Part shown: piece by piece, positions 53,744 to 64,000 of the stretch
Numbering within the stretch: position 1 is the stretch's first letter
Layout of the letters: each line of letters opens with the position of its first letter
From: Vicinamibacteria bacterium
GTDB lineage: Bacteria > Acidobacteriota > Vicinamibacteria > Marinacidobacterales > Marinacidobacteraceae
Direction of reading: 5' to 3'
Length of the DNA: 64,000 nucleotides
Assembly: GCA_963422395.1 (NCBI GenBank)
Contig: OY729431.1
Location: forward strand, 1,952,001-2,016,000
Program-made: the position numbers and the translations under genes
The notes under the pieces: model-generated
Seen by the model: the letters and a program-made list of their open reading frames with translations, nothing else
Told to the model about the DNA's origin: nothing
Database searches by the model: none

Positions 53744-53765
53744 GTAGAGGGGCCTCCCCCTCTAC
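53744..53765. terminator. Stem-loop GTAGAGGGG-cctc-CCCCTCTAC
   Basis: 9-bp perfect stem just after the stop of 52570-53736; no U-tract. Confidence 0.35.
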
Positions 53766-53805
53766 CCCTGTCGCTGCCGCGCTTCGCGCCGCTTCCTGGC
53801 ATCGC

Positions 53806-54072
53806 ATGCTTTCGCTACCGATGGCTCGCAGTCCGGCGCGGCGGGTCCTCGCACCGTTCGCGGGGGTCGTTCTGCTCCGGCTGCTTTCGGCCCTCGCTCC
53901 GGCAGAGCCGTTGCTCGCCGGGATTCCTCTCGGGCTCTGCCTCGAACTGGGCGTGGTAGCGGCTTCCACCTGGAGCCTGACGGCGATCATCCGGACGCTG
54001 CTCCCCCCCGCTTCACACGGGGCAGTGGGACCGGGGCCGGCGTCCGAGGCGAAAGACGGCGCGGATTCGTGA
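53806..54072 (+). CDS. Small membrane protein preceding a sodium:solute symporter (DUF3311-like position)
   Basis: Two hydrophobic segments, LLAGIPLGL; GTGA overlap with the symporter gene. Confidence 0.5.
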   Translation: MLSLPMARSPARRVLAPFAGVVLLRLLSALAPAEPLLAGIPLGLCLELGVVAASTWSLTAIIRTLLPPASHGAVGPGPASEAKDGADS

Positions 54073-55667
54073 CCCTCGCGGTCGTCGGCCTCTATCTGGC
54101 CGCAGTCATCGGCATCGGACTCGCCGCCCGACTTCGGGAGGGACGGGGCCCCGCAGGTCCGAGCGGGGAAGGCCGAGGCGGAAACCGCGGCGGGGGAGAG
54201 AGGTATTTCCTCGCCGGGCGCTCCATCGGCCCCTTCGTGCTGTTGATGACCCTCTTCGGGACCAACATGACCGCCTTCACCATCCTGGGCGCCTCCGGCG
54301 AGGCACACCGTCAAGGAATCCGGGTGTTCGCGCTCATGGCGACGAGTTCGGCCATCGTGATCCCGATGACCTTCCTCTGGATCGGGGTGCCTCTCTGGCG
54401 GTTGGGGAAACGCCTCGGGTTCGTCACCCAGGCGGAGTTCTTCCGCGAGCGCTACGGCTCCAACGGGGTCGCGCTCCTCGTGCTCGGTGCTTCGCTGCTC
54501 TGGCTCGTCCCGTATGTCCTCATCGGGGTGAAGGGAGGAGGAGACGCACTCTCCGCGATCCTCGGACCTGCGTTCTCCCTCGCGCCCTGGGTCGGCAGTC
54601 TGCTGCTGTGCTTCGTGGTGCTGCTCTATGTGACGCTCGGCGGAATGCGAAGCACAGCAGTCGTCAACACTTTCCAGACCATCGTCTTCATCGGAGTGAG
54701 CGGGCTCGCCTTCGTCGTCATCACCGAAGGGCTGGGCGGCTTCTCCACGGCGATGGCCCGGCTCGAGGAACGAGCCCCGGAGCTGCTCGAACTGAGCCGT
54801 TCGGGGCGGGATTGGATCCAGATCGCCACCTACCTGTTCGTCCCGCTCTCGACTTCGTGCTTCCCTCACATCTTCAGCCACTGGATGTCGGCGCGGAGCG
54901 CGTCGGCCTTCCGGCTTCCGGTGCTGGCGTACCCGGCGTGCATCGCCGCGGTCTGGTTCCCCTGCGTGGTGTTGGGCGCGCTGGGGCGGCTCGAGGTGCC
55001 GCCGGGCGCCGCGGGACCGGTGCTCATCCTGCTCATCCGCGAGCACGCCGGCAGTCTGCTCGCCGGCTGTCTCGCTGCCGGGGTCTTCGCGGCGATCATG
55101 TCCTCGCTGGATTCGCAGACGCTCTCGGTCGGCACCATGCTGACCCGGGACGCCGCACTGCGCCTGCCCCGGTTCGCCGCCTGGACTGCCCGCCGGGAGG
55201 CACTCGTCGGACGCCTCTTCGTGGTCGCCTTCCTGGTCGTGGTGTTCGTGCTTTCTCTGGTTTCCACCCAGACCGTCTTCAGTCTGGGAGTCTGGGCGCT
55301 CTCCGGCTTCACCACTCTCTTTCCGGTGCTGGCGGCGGCGCTCTACTGGAAGCGGAGCACCGCCGCCGGCACCGTCGCCGCCATCCTGTCCGGGCTCGGG
55401 CTCTGGATCTTCTTCTTCATCGCTTCGGAGGGTGCTCCCGGCTGGACGATCGCCGGGAGCGGCGTCGAGCCGGCGGCGGCGATCGCGCTGGTATCGGCGA
55501 TCGCGCTCTTCGTCGTCTCACCCCTTACCCGACCCCCGGAAAAACACCGCGTGAACCGCTTCTTCCACCCCGACACCGACGCCGTGCTGTCCGATCTCCC
55601 CGACTCGGTGTCCAGCCAGCCCGCCGGACACACCGGCACTTCTTCTCGCACCGCTCCGGAATCTTGA
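54069..55667 (+). CDS. Sodium:solute symporter family protein
   Basis: YFLAGRSIG, F..RYGS, YV.LGGMRS, AAIMSSLDSQ, LYWKRST..G. Confidence 0.92.
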   Translation: MTLAVVGLYLAAVIGIGLAARLREGRGPAGPSGEGRGGNRGGGERYFLAGRSIGPFVLLMTLFGTNMTAFTILGASGEAHRQGIRVFALMATSSAIVIPMTFLWIGVPLWRLGKRLGFVTQAEFFRERYGSNGVALLVLGASLLWLVPYVLIGVKGGGDALSAILGPAFSLAPWVGSLLLCFVVLLYVTLGGMRSTAVVNTFQTIVFIGVSGLAFVVITEGLGGFSTAMARLEERAPELLELSRSGRDWIQIATYLFVPLSTSCFPHIFSHWMSARSASAFRLPVLAYPACIAAVWFPCVVLGALGRLEVPPGAAGPVLILLIREHAGSLLAGCLAAGVFAAIMSSLDSQTLSVGTMLTRDAALRLPRFAAWTARREALVGRLFVVAFLVVVFVLSLVSTQTVFSLGVWALSGFTTLFPVLAAALYWKRSTAAGTVAAILSGLGLWIFFFIASEGAPGWTIAGSGVEPAAAIALVSAIALFVVSPLTRPPEKHRVNRFFHPDTDAVLSDLPDSVSSQPAGHTGTSSRTAPES

Positions 55668-55718
55668 CCACCGGGCCCCACGGATGCAGAATCGCGGTGT
55701 CGGAGCGACAGACGGAAG

Positions 55719-56225
55719 ATGCCCCTCAGCGCAGCACCCGCGGCGGCCCGGTGGGCTCAGGCGATCCGGGAGGCCGACGAACTCTCGGAGATCTATAGCG
55801 TGGCTCCGATCCCGGTCGTGGAGATCGCCGAGCGTAACGGCGTCGAAGTGGTTCTCGCGGCCTTCGGAAAGAACCGAGATCGGGTGGCTGGAATCTGTGA
55901 TTTCCGCAAGGCGAAGATCTTCGTGAATGTTGCGGACATCCCGGTTCGCCGGAGGTTTACCACTGCACACGAACTCGGGCACTGGATGCTTCACAGCGAC
56001 ATCTATAAGACCGATCCGGACCAATATCGATTTCTCCCCAGGTTCCAGCACACGGACAGACATGGGCCGCTCGAACAGGAGGCGAACGCCTTCGCGGCGA
56101 GTATCCTCGTTCCGTCACGCCTCTTGAAAGAGGTGGTCGGCGCAGCGCCAGTTTCCGAACTCGCGGACATCTTCCGGGTATCGAGGACGATGATGGAATA
56201 CCGGATCCAGAATGTCCGCCGGTGA
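55719..56225 (+). CDS. ImmA/IrrE family zinc metallopeptidase (no N-terminal HTH)
   Basis: RRRFTTAHELGHWMLH (HExxH), EQEANAFAASILVP, LADIFRVS. Confidence 0.88.
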   Translation: MPLSAAPAAARWAQAIREADELSEIYSVAPIPVVEIAERNGVEVVLAAFGKNRDRVAGICDFRKAKIFVNVADIPVRRRFTTAHELGHWMLHSDIYKTDPDQYRFLPRFQHTDRHGPLEQEANAFAASILVPSRLLKEVVGAAPVSELADIFRVSRTMMEYRIQNVRR

Positions 56226-56642
56226 ACCAGCCGACGCTCTGAACGCCGGGGCTCCCGACCCGGGAATCCTGGAGGACCTGAAGCCGGTCACGGAGCCTGA
56301 ACGGAGAGAGAAAAGAAGGTCGGAGCGGATGAGTCCCGATTCGCCGGGCTGCGGGATCACACGAAGCAGAAGGAGACATGGTCCAACCTGCTCCGCTGGA
56401 TCCTGGGGATTTCCTTCGTCTTGCAAATCCTCGTGCTGAGCGCGGTATTCGTGTTCGAGCAGGAGGTGGACGACTGGACGGCGCGGGGAGTTCTGCTTCA
56501 GTTCACCGCCATGTTCCCGGTATCTCTTCAAATAGCCGGGCCGCGTCCGATGGAAACCCGTTCTACCCGCGGCTCGGGTGCAGCATTCCGGATTCGGCGG
56601 GCGCAGGCTCGTTCCCTCCGGGAAATAAGGGGAATTCCCTAG
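56212..56642 (+). pseudogene. Frameshifted membrane protein gene overlapping the peptidase stop
   Basis: MSAGEP...ERMS, then a shifted frame RFAGLRDHTKQKETWSNLLRWILGISFVLQILVLSAVFVFEQEVDDWTARGVLLQFTAMF; break near 56338. Confidence 0.5.
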
Positions 56643-57721
56643 TGTTCCGGAGTCGAATCGCCTTCGTGGCGTTGCCCGCGTTCGCCGCAAGCATGCCGCT
56701 GACGGGGCGAGAACTGCAGCCGCATCTCCGGGAGACGGTGATCCACACCTTCTCGATCGCCGCGGTGGATCCCGACACCGGCGAATCGGGAGTCGCGGTC
56801 ACTACCCGGAACCCCTGCGTCGGCAACGGAGTGCCCTGGGTCCGCGCCGGGGTCGGCGCGGTGGCTACCCAGGCCCGCACCCGCACCGAGTACGGTGAGG
56901 AGCTCCTGAGCCGCCTCGCAGCGGGGATGTCCCCGGAGGAAGCGCTTCGAGACCGCCTCGCCCAGGACGAGAGCAGCGCCCACCGCCAGATCGGCGTGGC
57001 CGCGGTCGCTGGCGGCACCGCCCAGCACACCGGATCGGAGGCCAGCGACTGGGCGGGACACCGCGCAGGTCCGGACTACGCGGCGCAGGGGAACCTGCTC
57101 GTCGGTCCGGAGGTGGTGGATGCAGTGGCCGAGGACTTCGAGCGCACCCGCGGGAGCGGCCTGTCGCTCGCCGACCGGCTGGTGTCGGCTCTCGAAGCCG
57201 GCCAGTCGGCTGGCGGAGACGCCCGCCGCGGCCGCCGTCAATCCGCCGCGGTGCTGGTGGCGGACCCCCGCGAGGGCGGCTCGCGCCGGACCGACGGCAT
57301 CTCCACCCATATCAATGTGTGCGAACACGAAACGCCGGTGGCCGAGCTGCGCCGCATCCACGACGCGGTCAGCCAGAAGCTCGGTTACCGGACGCTCGAA
57401 GTCTTCACCGGGAGCGATGTCGTCCAGCTGCGCGTCCTGCTCACTGCCGCCGGGTGCGCGGGTTCCGCGGGCCGGGCGGCGCTCGTGGCGGAAGACGCCC
57501 CGCTCGACCGGCCGGAACTCCGCCGCTTCGACGAAGCCCTGGCCGGCGCGGTGGACGCCTGCCGCGAAGCACTCGGGCTCTCGACTCCCGAAAGCGGCGG
57601 CTCTCCTCCTGGACTCGCCGACCCGGAGCTGGTGGGCCGGCTCTGGGAGCGAGTCGAGGCGGCGGGACAGGGAAACGCCGTCCGCCGCCGCCTCGCGCCC
57701 CTTTCGAGGATCACCCGGTGA
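56642..57721 (+). CDS. DUF1028 (Ntn-hydrolase-like) protein with C-terminal extension
   Basis: [43 protein letters not shown]; start approximate. Confidence 0.85.
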   Translation: MFRSRIAFVALPAFAASMPLTGRELQPHLRETVIHTFSIAAVDPDTGESGVAVTTRNPCVGNGVPWVRAGVGAVATQARTRTEYGEELLSRLAAGMSPEEALRDRLAQDESSAHRQIGVAAVAGGTAQHTGSEASDWAGHRAGPDYAAQGNLLVGPEVVDAVAEDFERTRGSGLSLADRLVSALEAGQSAGGDARRGRRQSAAVLVADPREGGSRRTDGISTHINVCEHETPVAELRRIHDAVSQKLGYRTLEVFTGSDVVQLRVLLTAAGCAGSAGRAALVAEDAPLDRPELRRFDEALAGAVDACREALGLSTPESGGSPPGLADPELVGRLWERVEAAGQGNAVRRRLAPLSRITR

Positions 57722-57758
57722 GCCAGGGCTCCCGGCCGCCGCCGGCGGGCGATTCCTG

Positions 57759-58841
57759 ATGCCGCAGACCGCCGCCGGGCGCCCGGTCCGGATAGACCTG
57801 CGCAGCGACACCGTCTCTCTCCCGACGCCGGAGATGCGGGCGGTCATCGCTGCCGCCGAAGTCGGCGACGATGTGTACGGGGACGATCCGACGGTCCGCC
57901 GGCTCGAGGAGCGAACCGCGGAACTGCTCGGCAAGGACGCCGCGGTGTTCACTCCCACGGGCACCATGAGCAACCAGATCGCCATCCGGTGCCAGACGGA
58001 ACCGGGCGACCTCGTCCTCGCCGAGCGCCACGCCCACGCCTACCTCGTCGAAAGCGGTGGACCCGCAGCGCTTTCCGGCGCGACCGTCGTCGGCCTTCCG
58101 GGGATCCGCGGGGTGTTTTCCGCCGCGCAGGTGCAGGACGCGGTGCGCACTCCGCACCCCATGGTTCCCGAAGCGTGTTATCCGGCGGCGCGGCTCCTCG
58201 CCGCCGAGAACACCCACAACTTCGCCGGCGGCGCGGTCTGGCCGCTTTCCGCGCTTCGGGAAACGGCGGCAGCCGCCCGCGCCCTCGGCCTTCGAACGCA
58301 CCTCGACGGCGCCCGGCTCTGGCACGCTTCGACAGCCACGGGAATTCCCGAAAAACGCTACGCCGAGAAGTTCGACACCGTGAGCGTGTGCTTCTCCAAG
58401 GGCCTCGGTGCCCCGATGGGCTCCTGCCTCGCCGGCGACGGGCCGCTGATCCGCCGGGCACGCCGTTTCCGCCAGCTCTTCGGCGGTGGTTTCCGCCAGG
58501 CGGGCCTCATGGCGGCGGGGGCGCTCTACGCCCTCGAAAACCACCGGGAGCGGCTCGCCGACGACCACCGCCGGGCCCGCTTGCTCGCCGACGGGCTGGC
58601 GTGCCTGCCGGGCATCGTCCTGGATCCGGAGGAGGTGGAGACGAACATCGTGCGCTTCCGCACCTCCGGAGTGGACGCCTTTTCGCTTGCCGAAAGGCTC
58701 CTCGACCGCGGGGTGGCCGTCCTCCCCGGTTCTCGAAGCGGGATGCGGGTGATCCCTCACCTCGGGATCCGGGACGAGGAGGTGGCAGAAGCCCTGGCCG
58801 CTTTCCGCGAGGTTCTCGCCCCGGTCTCCGCCCCCGGGTAA
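57759..58841 (+). CDS. ltaE: Low-specificity L-threonine aldolase
   Basis: [50 protein letters not shown]. Confidence 0.93.
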   Translation: MPQTAAGRPVRIDLRSDTVSLPTPEMRAVIAAAEVGDDVYGDDPTVRRLEERTAELLGKDAAVFTPTGTMSNQIAIRCQTEPGDLVLAERHAHAYLVESGGPAALSGATVVGLPGIRGVFSAAQVQDAVRTPHPMVPEACYPAARLLAAENTHNFAGGAVWPLSALRETAAAARALGLRTHLDGARLWHASTATGIPEKRYAEKFDTVSVCFSKGLGAPMGSCLAGDGPLIRRARRFRQLFGGGFRQAGLMAAGALYALENHRERLADDHRRARLLADGLACLPGIVLDPEEVETNIVRFRTSGVDAFSLAERLLDRGVAVLPGSRSGMRVIPHLGIRDEEVAEALAAFREVLAPVSAPG

Positions 58842-58978
58842 CGGCCCGGTGACGGTCTGAAGTCGGGAAACCGACGGCGCCCGGTCGCATCCGTCGGTTC
58901 GGGGAACCTTCGGTCCCGGGCCGCTCGGTTCGAGGGGTGGACTTCAGCTCGGGACCGGTCGCGGTTCCCGTGCTTTAG

Positions 58979-59165
58979 CAGCCTGTGGACAAAGTCACAC
59001 GGCCAAAGGCCGGCGATGCCCAGTTCTCCCGGTGGGGGCCCCGCCTGAACCGCTTCGCTCGGCGTTGCGATTCCGTCGGAATACTCCCGGTATGCCTCCC
59101 GAATCGCGCCTTGTCAGCCGGGCGCCTCCCCGACCTTGGGGCTCGCGCCACTTCATCACAGGATG
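58979..59165 (-). mobile_element. MITE copy 3 (inverted)
   Basis: Reverse complement of the 22596 element; flanked by TTAG / CTAG, the latter being the stop codon of the ankyrin gene. Confidence 0.85.
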
Positions 59166-59936
59166 CTAGTCCACCGCCGGAGGGTCCGTCGCAACGCCTT
59201 CGGCGACGAGTTCCTCGACGAGCAGCTCGCAATCGTCATCGGCGAGCCAGGCGAGCACCTTCGCGCGGACGCCGCCGCCCATTCTGAGGTCGGGAGCACG
59301 CTGACGGAGGAGGTCGATGATCTGCGGGAAACAATCGCCGAGCGGCGGGCCGTCGGTGAAGTCGTGGAGAGCGCCGCCTCCGGCAGCTGCCCAGAGGGCA
59401 TTGAGACCCCCCATCTCGGCGCGAGGATCGGCACCCCGGTCGAGCAGTATGCGCACGGTATCCGCCATTCCATAGCCCGCGGCCATGATCAGCGGAGTGA
59501 TGCCGCTGCTGCCCGGCCGGTTCCCATCCGCTCCCCGCCCGAGGAGCAGAGAGATCCCCTCCCGATTCCGCAGGTGGATGGCGTGCAGCAGGGGAGTCCA
59601 GCCACCCCGCTCGTCGCGCTGCTCGATGTCCGCTCCGGCATCGAGCAGCGCGAGCAGTATGGCGGAATCCCGATGGCGGGCAGCAACATGGAGCGAGCCC
59701 AGGCCCGAGCCGGCGATAGCGTTCGGGTCCGCGTCCGCGTGTTCGAGCAGAGCCCGGACCTCATCGAGATCGCCCGCGGCCACCGCCGCACTCAGCGCGG
59801 TGTCCTCCATCCGCTCGCTGCAGGCGGCGAACAGGAGCGCGAGCCCCGCGGTTCGAACTGCGGCGAGCCGTCGGGGGCGCTGACTACGAACCGGTTGGCG
59901 GCGAACCGGTGCTGGCTGCAACAGACGAGACCACAT
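59166..59936 (-). CDS. Ankyrin-repeat protein, probable lipoprotein
   Basis: LALLFAAC lipobox-like segment; [29 protein letters not shown]...GAD repeats; start uncertain. Confidence 0.82.
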   Translation of the reverse strand: MWSRLLQPAPVRRQPVRSQRPRRLAAVRTAGLALLFAACSERMEDTALSAAVAAGDLDEVRALLEHADADPNAIAGSGLGSLHVAARHRDSAILLALLDAGADIEQRDERGGWTPLLHAIHLRNREGISLLLGRGADGNRPGSSGITPLIMAAGYGMADTVRILLDRGADPRAEMGGLNALWAAAGGGALHDFTDGPPLGDCFPQIIDLLRQRAPDLRMGGGVRAKVLAWLADDDCELLVEELVAEGVATDPPAVD

Positions 59937-60054
59937 GCGGCGGAAACCTCGCGAAGATCCTCTACCTCTCGAACGAAGAGTTGGCATCGCGGGTTCTCGG
60001 ATCGCTTGCGGGGCGCCGGCTGGGGGCGGGGCCCATGCTACCTTCCGCCGCTTC

Positions 60055-62094
60055 TTGCCGACTCCGCCCACCCCCGAACGCCCCCTCGGACGCCCCTTCG
60101 ACGCAGGGGACGCCGCTGCGATCGCCGCGCTCCGAGGGCTGGCCATCGACGCCGTGGAGCGGGCGAATTCGGGCCATCCGGGACTTCCGCTGGGGGCCGC
60201 GCCGATGGCGTGGGTTCTCTGGAGCCGTTATCTGCGTATCTGCCCGCAGGATCCCGGCTGGCCGGACCGCGACCGCTTCGTGCTCTCGGCGGGCCATGGC
60301 TCGATGCTGCTCTACGGCCTGCTGCACCTCTTCGGCTATCCGCTGGATATCGATGACCTCCGCTGTTTTCGACAGTGGGGAAGCCGGACCCCGGGGCACC
60401 CCGAAACTCTCGCCACCCCAGGGGTGGAAGCGACCACCGGACCGCTCGGGCAGGGCGCCGGCAATTCGGTGGGCATGGCGATCGCCGAGCGAGCACTGCG
60501 GGCGCGCTTTCCCGAGCTCGTGGACCACCGGATCTTCGCCCTGGTGTCCGACGGCGACCTCATGGAGGGAGTCGCCTGCGAGGCGGCCTCGCTCGCCGGC
60601 CAGCTCGGGCTCTCCCGCCTGGTCTGGCTCTACGACCGGAACGGCGTCACCCTCGACGGCCCCGCGTCGCTCTCCTTCTCCGTCGAGGACGTCGAGGCGC
60701 GGCACCGCGCCCTCGGCTGGCAGGTGGAAACCGTTCCCGACGGCGACCACGATCTCGCTCGCCTGGACGCCGCGCTCGCCGCCGCGGTGGCGGAACCGGA
60801 GCGTCCCTCGCTCATCGTGGTGAAGACGACGATCGGCTACGGAGCACCCACGAAAGCCGGGAAGTCCGCAGCGCACGGCGCCCCACTCGGAGCGTCCGAA
60901 GCCGCCGCGACGAAGCGGGCGCTCGGTCTCGCTCCGGAGGCCGCCTTCGCGGTGCCGGAGGCCGTCCGCGAGCGCTGCGCCGCTCGGGCGGAGGAAGGCG
61001 AGCGAGAGCGCCGGGCGTGGCTCACCGCGCTCGAAAGGGTCCGCGAAACGGCGCCCGAGCGGGCGGCCGAGTTCGAGCGTCGGCTGCGGAACGAACTGCC
61101 CGACGGCTGGGACCGGGCCCTTCCGGCGTTCCGAAGCGGCGAGCGGCTCGCCACTCGGGAGGCCTCCGGAAGGACGATGAACGCAGTGGCAGCGGCGGTT
61201 CCGGAGTTCTTCGGCGGAGACGCCGATCTCTCCTCCTCGACGAAGACCGCCCTCGCCGGACTCGGCTCGCAGGCCGCGGACGAGCCGGGCGGTCGGAATC
61301 TCCACTACGGCGTGCGGGAGCACGCGATGGGGGCGGCGGCGAACGGAATCGCCTACCACGGGGGCTTCCGCACCTTTGCCGCCACCTTCTTCTGTTTCGC
61401 CGACTACATGCGCCCGTCGGTCCGGCTGGCCGCTCTCTCCGGCCTGCCGGTCATCTATGTCTGGACCCACGATTCGGTGGGCGTCGGGGAAGACGGCCCG
61501 ACCCACCAGCCCGTCGAACACCTCATGTCCCTTCGGGCGATGCCGAACCTGCATGTGGTCCGCCCCGCCGACGCCAACGAGACGGTGGAGGCCTGGCGCC
61601 ACGCGCTCGGGAGAACCGAGGGTCCGACGGCTCTGGTGCTGACCCGGCAAAAACTCCCGGTGCTCACCGACCCGCAGCTGGCGGCCGGCCTCCATCGCGG
61701 CGGATACATCCTGCGCGCCGCCGGAGCACACCCCGACGCGGTGTTGATCGCCACCGGATCCGAGGTGGCGATCGCGCTCGAGGCCGCGGGGGCCGCTGCC
61801 GATTGGGGCGCCGCGGTGCAGGTGGTGTCGCTCCCCTGCTGGGAGCTCTTCGCCGAACAGACCGCCGAATACCGGCGGCGCGTGTTGCCCCCGCGCGTCC
61901 CCCGGATCGCGGTCGAAGCGGGGGTCACGCTGGGTTGGGAGCGCCAGGTGGGCGAAGGGCCGGTGGTGGGACTGGACCGCTTCGGCGCCTCCGCGCCCGG
62001 CCCCGAGGCCGCCCGGCGGCTCGGGCTCACCGCGGAGCGAGTGGTCGAAGTGCTGCGCCGAGAACTCGGCACGGCGGCGATCCTCTCCGACTGA
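60055..62094 (+). CDS. tkt: Transketolase
   Basis: [63 protein letters not shown]; start uncertain. Confidence 0.96.
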   Translation: MPTPPTPERPLGRPFDAGDAAAIAALRGLAIDAVERANSGHPGLPLGAAPMAWVLWSRYLRICPQDPGWPDRDRFVLSAGHGSMLLYGLLHLFGYPLDIDDLRCFRQWGSRTPGHPETLATPGVEATTGPLGQGAGNSVGMAIAERALRARFPELVDHRIFALVSDGDLMEGVACEAASLAGQLGLSRLVWLYDRNGVTLDGPASLSFSVEDVEARHRALGWQVETVPDGDHDLARLDAALAAAVAEPERPSLIVVKTTIGYGAPTKAGKSAAHGAPLGASEAAATKRALGLAPEAAFAVPEAVRERCAARAEEGERERRAWLTALERVRETAPERAAEFERRLRNELPDGWDRALPAFRSGERLATREASGRTMNAVAAAVPEFFGGDADLSSSTKTALAGLGSQAADEPGGRNLHYGVREHAMGAAANGIAYHGGFRTFAATFFCFADYMRPSVRLAALSGLPVIYVWTHDSVGVGEDGPTHQPVEHLMSLRAMPNLHVVRPADANETVEAWRHALGRTEGPTALVLTRQKLPVLTDPQLAAGLHRGGYILRAAGAHPDAVLIATGSEVAIALEAAGAAADWGAAVQVVSLPCWELFAEQTAEYRRRVLPPRVPRIAVEAGVTLGWERQVGEGPVVGLDRFGASAPGPEAARRLGLTAERVVEVLRRELGTAAILSD

Positions 62095-62295
62095 AGCCCT
62101 CTCCGACGGAATACCGCCGATGGCCGGACGCCGCCGCCGCTGTCCAGTCCACTGATGCCGGGGCACGGTCACCGCCGCCGGTGAAGCCCGCCTCCTCCGC
62201 TCGAGGCGGCGGAGTCGAGCTTCGGGTCAGCGTTTTCGACCGCCGAGGCCCGACCGGATGGGGCCTAGAATGCGGGGCGGCCCCTCCAGGAGACC

Positions 62296-64000
62296 ATGCC
62301 CGAAGAACCCCATCCCTACGCCGACTTCCTCCACCGAGTGAGCCGTCCGGCGCGCTACGCCGGAGGAGAGCGGTTTTCGATCGTCGAGGAGTCGGACACC
62401 GGGATCGCCTCCCGGATGGCCTTCTGTTTCCCCGATGTGTACGACATCGGCATGAGTCATCTCGGCACCAAGATCCTCTACCAGGTGGTGAACGCCGAGC
62501 CCGATCTCGTACTGGAGCGGGTCTTCTGTCCCTGGCCGGACATGGAGGGGGAACTCCGAAAGCGCGGGCTGCCGCTCATCAGCCTCGAAACGCGGCGGCC
62601 GCTCTCCGATTTCGACATCGTGGGCTTCTCCCTCCAGTACGAATTGACCTTCACGAATGTGCTGACCATGCTCGACCTCGGCGGGATTCCGCTCCGAAGC
62701 GCCGATCGGGCCGCGGAGGATCCGCTGGTGATCGCCGGGGGACCGGTCGCCACCCAGCCGGAGCCGCTCGCGCCCTTCGTGGACGCCTTTCTGATCGGGG
62801 ACGCCGAAGAACGCCTCCCCGAACTGATGCGCGAGGACGCGCACCTCAGGCAGGACGGGATCCTCGACCGGGAGGAACGGCTCGTCCGGCTCGCCGCCGG
62901 CGGCGGCCTCTACTGCCCGGCCCTCTACGAGCGCGAAGTCTGCCCGCGGTCCGGACTCGCCTTCGTCTCCCGGCCGCTCCGTCCCGAGGTTCCGCTGCGG
63001 GTCGAACGCGCCTTTCTCGACGATGTGAACCGCTTCCCCTTCCCGGACGAGTCCCCGATTCCCGCTGCGGAGGCGATCTTCGACCGCACCGCAGTGGAGA
63101 TCGCCCGCGGCTGCACCGAGGGCTGCCGGTTCTGCCAGGCGGGCATGATCTACCGGCCGGTGCGCGAGCGGGATCCGAAGCAGATCGTCGAGACGGTGGT
63201 TTCGGCGGTCGAGAAGGGCGGCTACGACGAGGCCTCGCTGACCTCGCTCTCCACCGCTGACTATTCGTGCGTCGCTCCGCTGGTCCGGGAGGTGATGCGC
63301 GAACTGGCACCCCGCCGGGTTTCTCTCGGCATCTCCAGCCTCCGCGCCTACGGGCTTCCGGAAGAGGTCCTCGACGACATCGCGCAGGTGAAGGCGACCG
63401 GCCTCACGTTCGCCCCCGAAGCCGGCTCCCAGCGGATGCGGGATGTGGTGAACAAGAATGTCAGCGAGGCGGACATCTACGAGACCTGCCAGCGGGTGTT
63501 CTCACGCGGCTGGGACCGGGCGAAGCTCTACTTCATGATCGGACTCCCCACCGAGGAGGACGAGGATGTCCTGGGAATCGCCGACATGGGGCGGCAGGCC
63601 CGCCAGATCGGAGACCGCGAGGCGAAGCGCCGAGTCCGGATCACCGTTTCCATTTCGAGCCATGTACCGAAGCCCCATACGCCGTTCCAGTGGTGCGCCC
63701 AGGATGCGATGGCCGAGATCGAGCGGAAACAGGCGCTTCTCGCAGAGCGCGCCCGCCAGGACGGGTTCCGGCTCCGCACCCACGACCGGCGGGTGAGCCA
63801 CCTGGAAGGGATCCTCGCCCGCGGTGACGTCCGAGTGGCACGGCTCGTCGAAATCGCCTGGCGCCTCGGCGCCCGTTTCGACGGCTGGGACGAGCACTTC
63901 CGCTGGGAGGTGTGGACTCGGGCGCTCGACCGGTTCGAGGCGGAGACCGGCGCCTCCCGCGAGGAATATCTGGGAACGATCCCGGTGGACGGCCGGCTGC
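62296..64000 (+). CDS. B12-binding-domain radical SAM protein (TIGR03960-like), runs off window
   Basis: Manual translation from ATG 62296 (AGGAG RBS): RPARYAGGE, FPDVYDIGMSHLG, GFSLQYEL, RGCTEGCRFCQAG, FAPEAG, YFMIGLPTE. Confidence 0.9.
   Translation, partial: MPEEPHPYADFLHRVSRPARYAGGERFSIVEESDTGIASRMAFCFPDVYDIGMSHLGTKILYQVVNAEPDLVLERVFCPWPDMEGELRKRGLPLISLETRRPLSDFDIVGFSLQYELTFTNVLTMLDLGGIPLRSADRAAEDPLVIAGGPVATQPEPLAPFVDAFLIGDAEERLPELMREDAHLRQDGILDREERLVRLAAGGGLYCPALYEREVCPRSGLAFVSRPLRPEVPLRVERAFLDDVNRFPFPDESPIPAAEAIFDRTAVEIARGCTEGCRFCQAGMIYRPVRERDPKQIVETVVSAVEKGGYDEASLTSLSTADYSCVAPLVREVMRELAPRRVSLGISSLRAYGLPEEVLDDIAQVKATGLTFAPEAGSQRMRDVVNKNVSEADIYETCQRVFSRGWDRAKLYFMIGLPTEEDEDVLGIADMGRQARQIGDREAKRRVRITVSISSHVPKPHTPFQWCAQDAMAEIERKQALLAERARQDGFRLRTHDRRVSHLEGILARGDVRVARLVEIAWRLGARFDGWDEHFRWEVWTRALDRFEAETGASREEYLGTIPVDGRL

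Overview
High-GC bacterial chromosomal window. Gene content resembles an Acidobacteria-like organism, but that is inference. The housekeeping backbone includes lolD/lolE, lysS, nusB, ribH, enoyl-CoA hydratase, thiolase, nucleoside salvage genes, tonB, uvrB, ispH, a fused 2-oxoacid dehydrogenase E1, pdxST, 2-oxoacid:ferredoxin oxidoreductase, ltaE, tkt and a radical SAM gene. Accessory DNA interrupts it in five places. (i) A ~4.5 kb scrapyard of restriction-modification gene fragments (6.2-10.7 kb) holds an intact FitAB/VapBC pair and an IS5, and is bounded by two copies of a DUF4276 gene 3' end. (ii) An IS1182 and an IS481 sit in tandem at 17.2-19.9 kb. (iii) A 12.3 kb single-strand type I RM operon (30.7-43.0 kb) carries a HEPN RNase gene coupled to hsdM and an HsdS with two N-terminal MNT nucleotidyltransferase domains. 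These are followed by Schlafen/AlbA-HATPase, DUF4365-like plus partner, and ABC-ATPase plus DUF4276 genes before hsdR. (iv) An IrrE-like peptidase is paired with a frameshifted membrane-protein gene. (v) A ~187-bp CTAG-targeting MITE family occurs three times, one copy chimeric with an IS481 end, and a mosaic hairpin repeat lies at 51.9-52.45 kb. The best candidate for an undescribed system is the HEPN / MNT-MNT-HsdS type I RM 'guard' arrangement, with signs of cassette accretion through the conserved hsdS 3' end. All assignments come from motif recognition by eye; no database searches were run.
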